A DNA stretch of 64,000 bases from contig NC_043015.1 of the NCBI RefSeq assembly GCF_006345805.1, positions 992,001-1,056,000 of the forward strand. The letters are read 5' to 3'. The stretch's first letter is position 1, and every line of letters begins with the position of its first letter. Positions 63,305 to 64,000 of this stretch are shown one piece after another. Source of the DNA: Octopus sinensis. Taxonomy: Eukaryota. The translations under genes and the position numbers were made by a program. The notes under the pieces are model-generated. The model saw nothing but the letters and a program-made list of their open reading frames with translations. It was not told the DNA's origin and ran no database searches.

Positions 63305-63714
63305 ACTCTTTTACTTTTTTTAGTCCTTTGACTTTGGCCATGCTGGAGCACCGCCTGTATTCGAACAAATCGACCCCAGGAATTATTCTTTGTAAACCTA
63401 GTACTTATTCTAGCGGTTTCTCTTGCCGAATCGCTAAGTTACGGGGTCGTAACACACCATCGGTCGTTAAGCGATGTTGGGAGTTAAAGACAGACACACA
63501 AACGTATACACACACACACACATACACGCACACACATACATACACATATATACGACGGGCTTCTCTCAGGTTCCATCTACCAAATCGACTCACAAGAATT
63601 TGGTAGGTCTGAGGCTATAGTAGAAGACACTTTCCAAGTTGCCACGCAGTGGGACTGAACACGGAACCATGTGATTGGTAAGCAAGCTACTTACAACACA
63701 GCCACTTCTACACC

Positions 63715-63717
<3 letters not shown>
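63305..63717 (-). mobile_element. SINE family B, full length
   Basis: Tail, internal (CA/TA)n, core and tRNA-like head as in 21091-21470. Confidence 0.85.
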
Positions 63718-63753
<36 letters not shown>

Positions 63754-63930
63754 ACAAACATATAAGGGATGGCCATAATAGGACATCCGATTCACATCTT
63801 ATGATCATGCCTTATATGTTTGAATGTATATTACATAGTCTTTTGACTATTTTGTCTTTCTCACTTGACCGCTGGTAGCGGCGAAGTTTTCTAGAATATT
63901 TTGCTACCCTATAATTTATTAATATATGTA

Positions 63931-63976
<46 letters not shown>

Positions 63977-64000
63977 ATATATATAATATATATATAGTAT

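Overview
Very AT-rich, microsatellite-saturated animal genomic DNA. The SINE inventory and repeat landscape point to an octopod (coleoid cephalopod) genome; this is inference. No long real ORF is present: almost the whole supplied ORF track is microsatellite read-through or transposon decay. Most of the window is interspersed repeats: at least four tRNA-derived SINE families (called A, B, C and V-like here), two decayed mariner transposons (one internally deleted, one internally inverted), a complete non-autonomous Helitron, a Tigger-type MITE, a small TA-flanked MITE, RTE and R4/Dong-like LINE fragments, and a foldback element carrying a patterned (TTAGGG)-type array. In the unique sequence between repeats I can assemble by eye a phase-consistent chain of short plus-strand exons (5-108 nt, about 40.8-52.1 kb, with further candidates back to 32.6 kb). 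It would encode an unrecognised protein with one C-terminal transmembrane segment followed by HRKK. A phase-matched 30-nt cassette with one in-frame UGA lies inside the chain. A promoter-like motif cluster at about 52.9-53.4 kb may start a second plus-strand gene. The gene models are hypotheses from splice signals and reading phase only; I recognise no homologue. There is no CRISPR array, rRNA or genuine tRNA gene.
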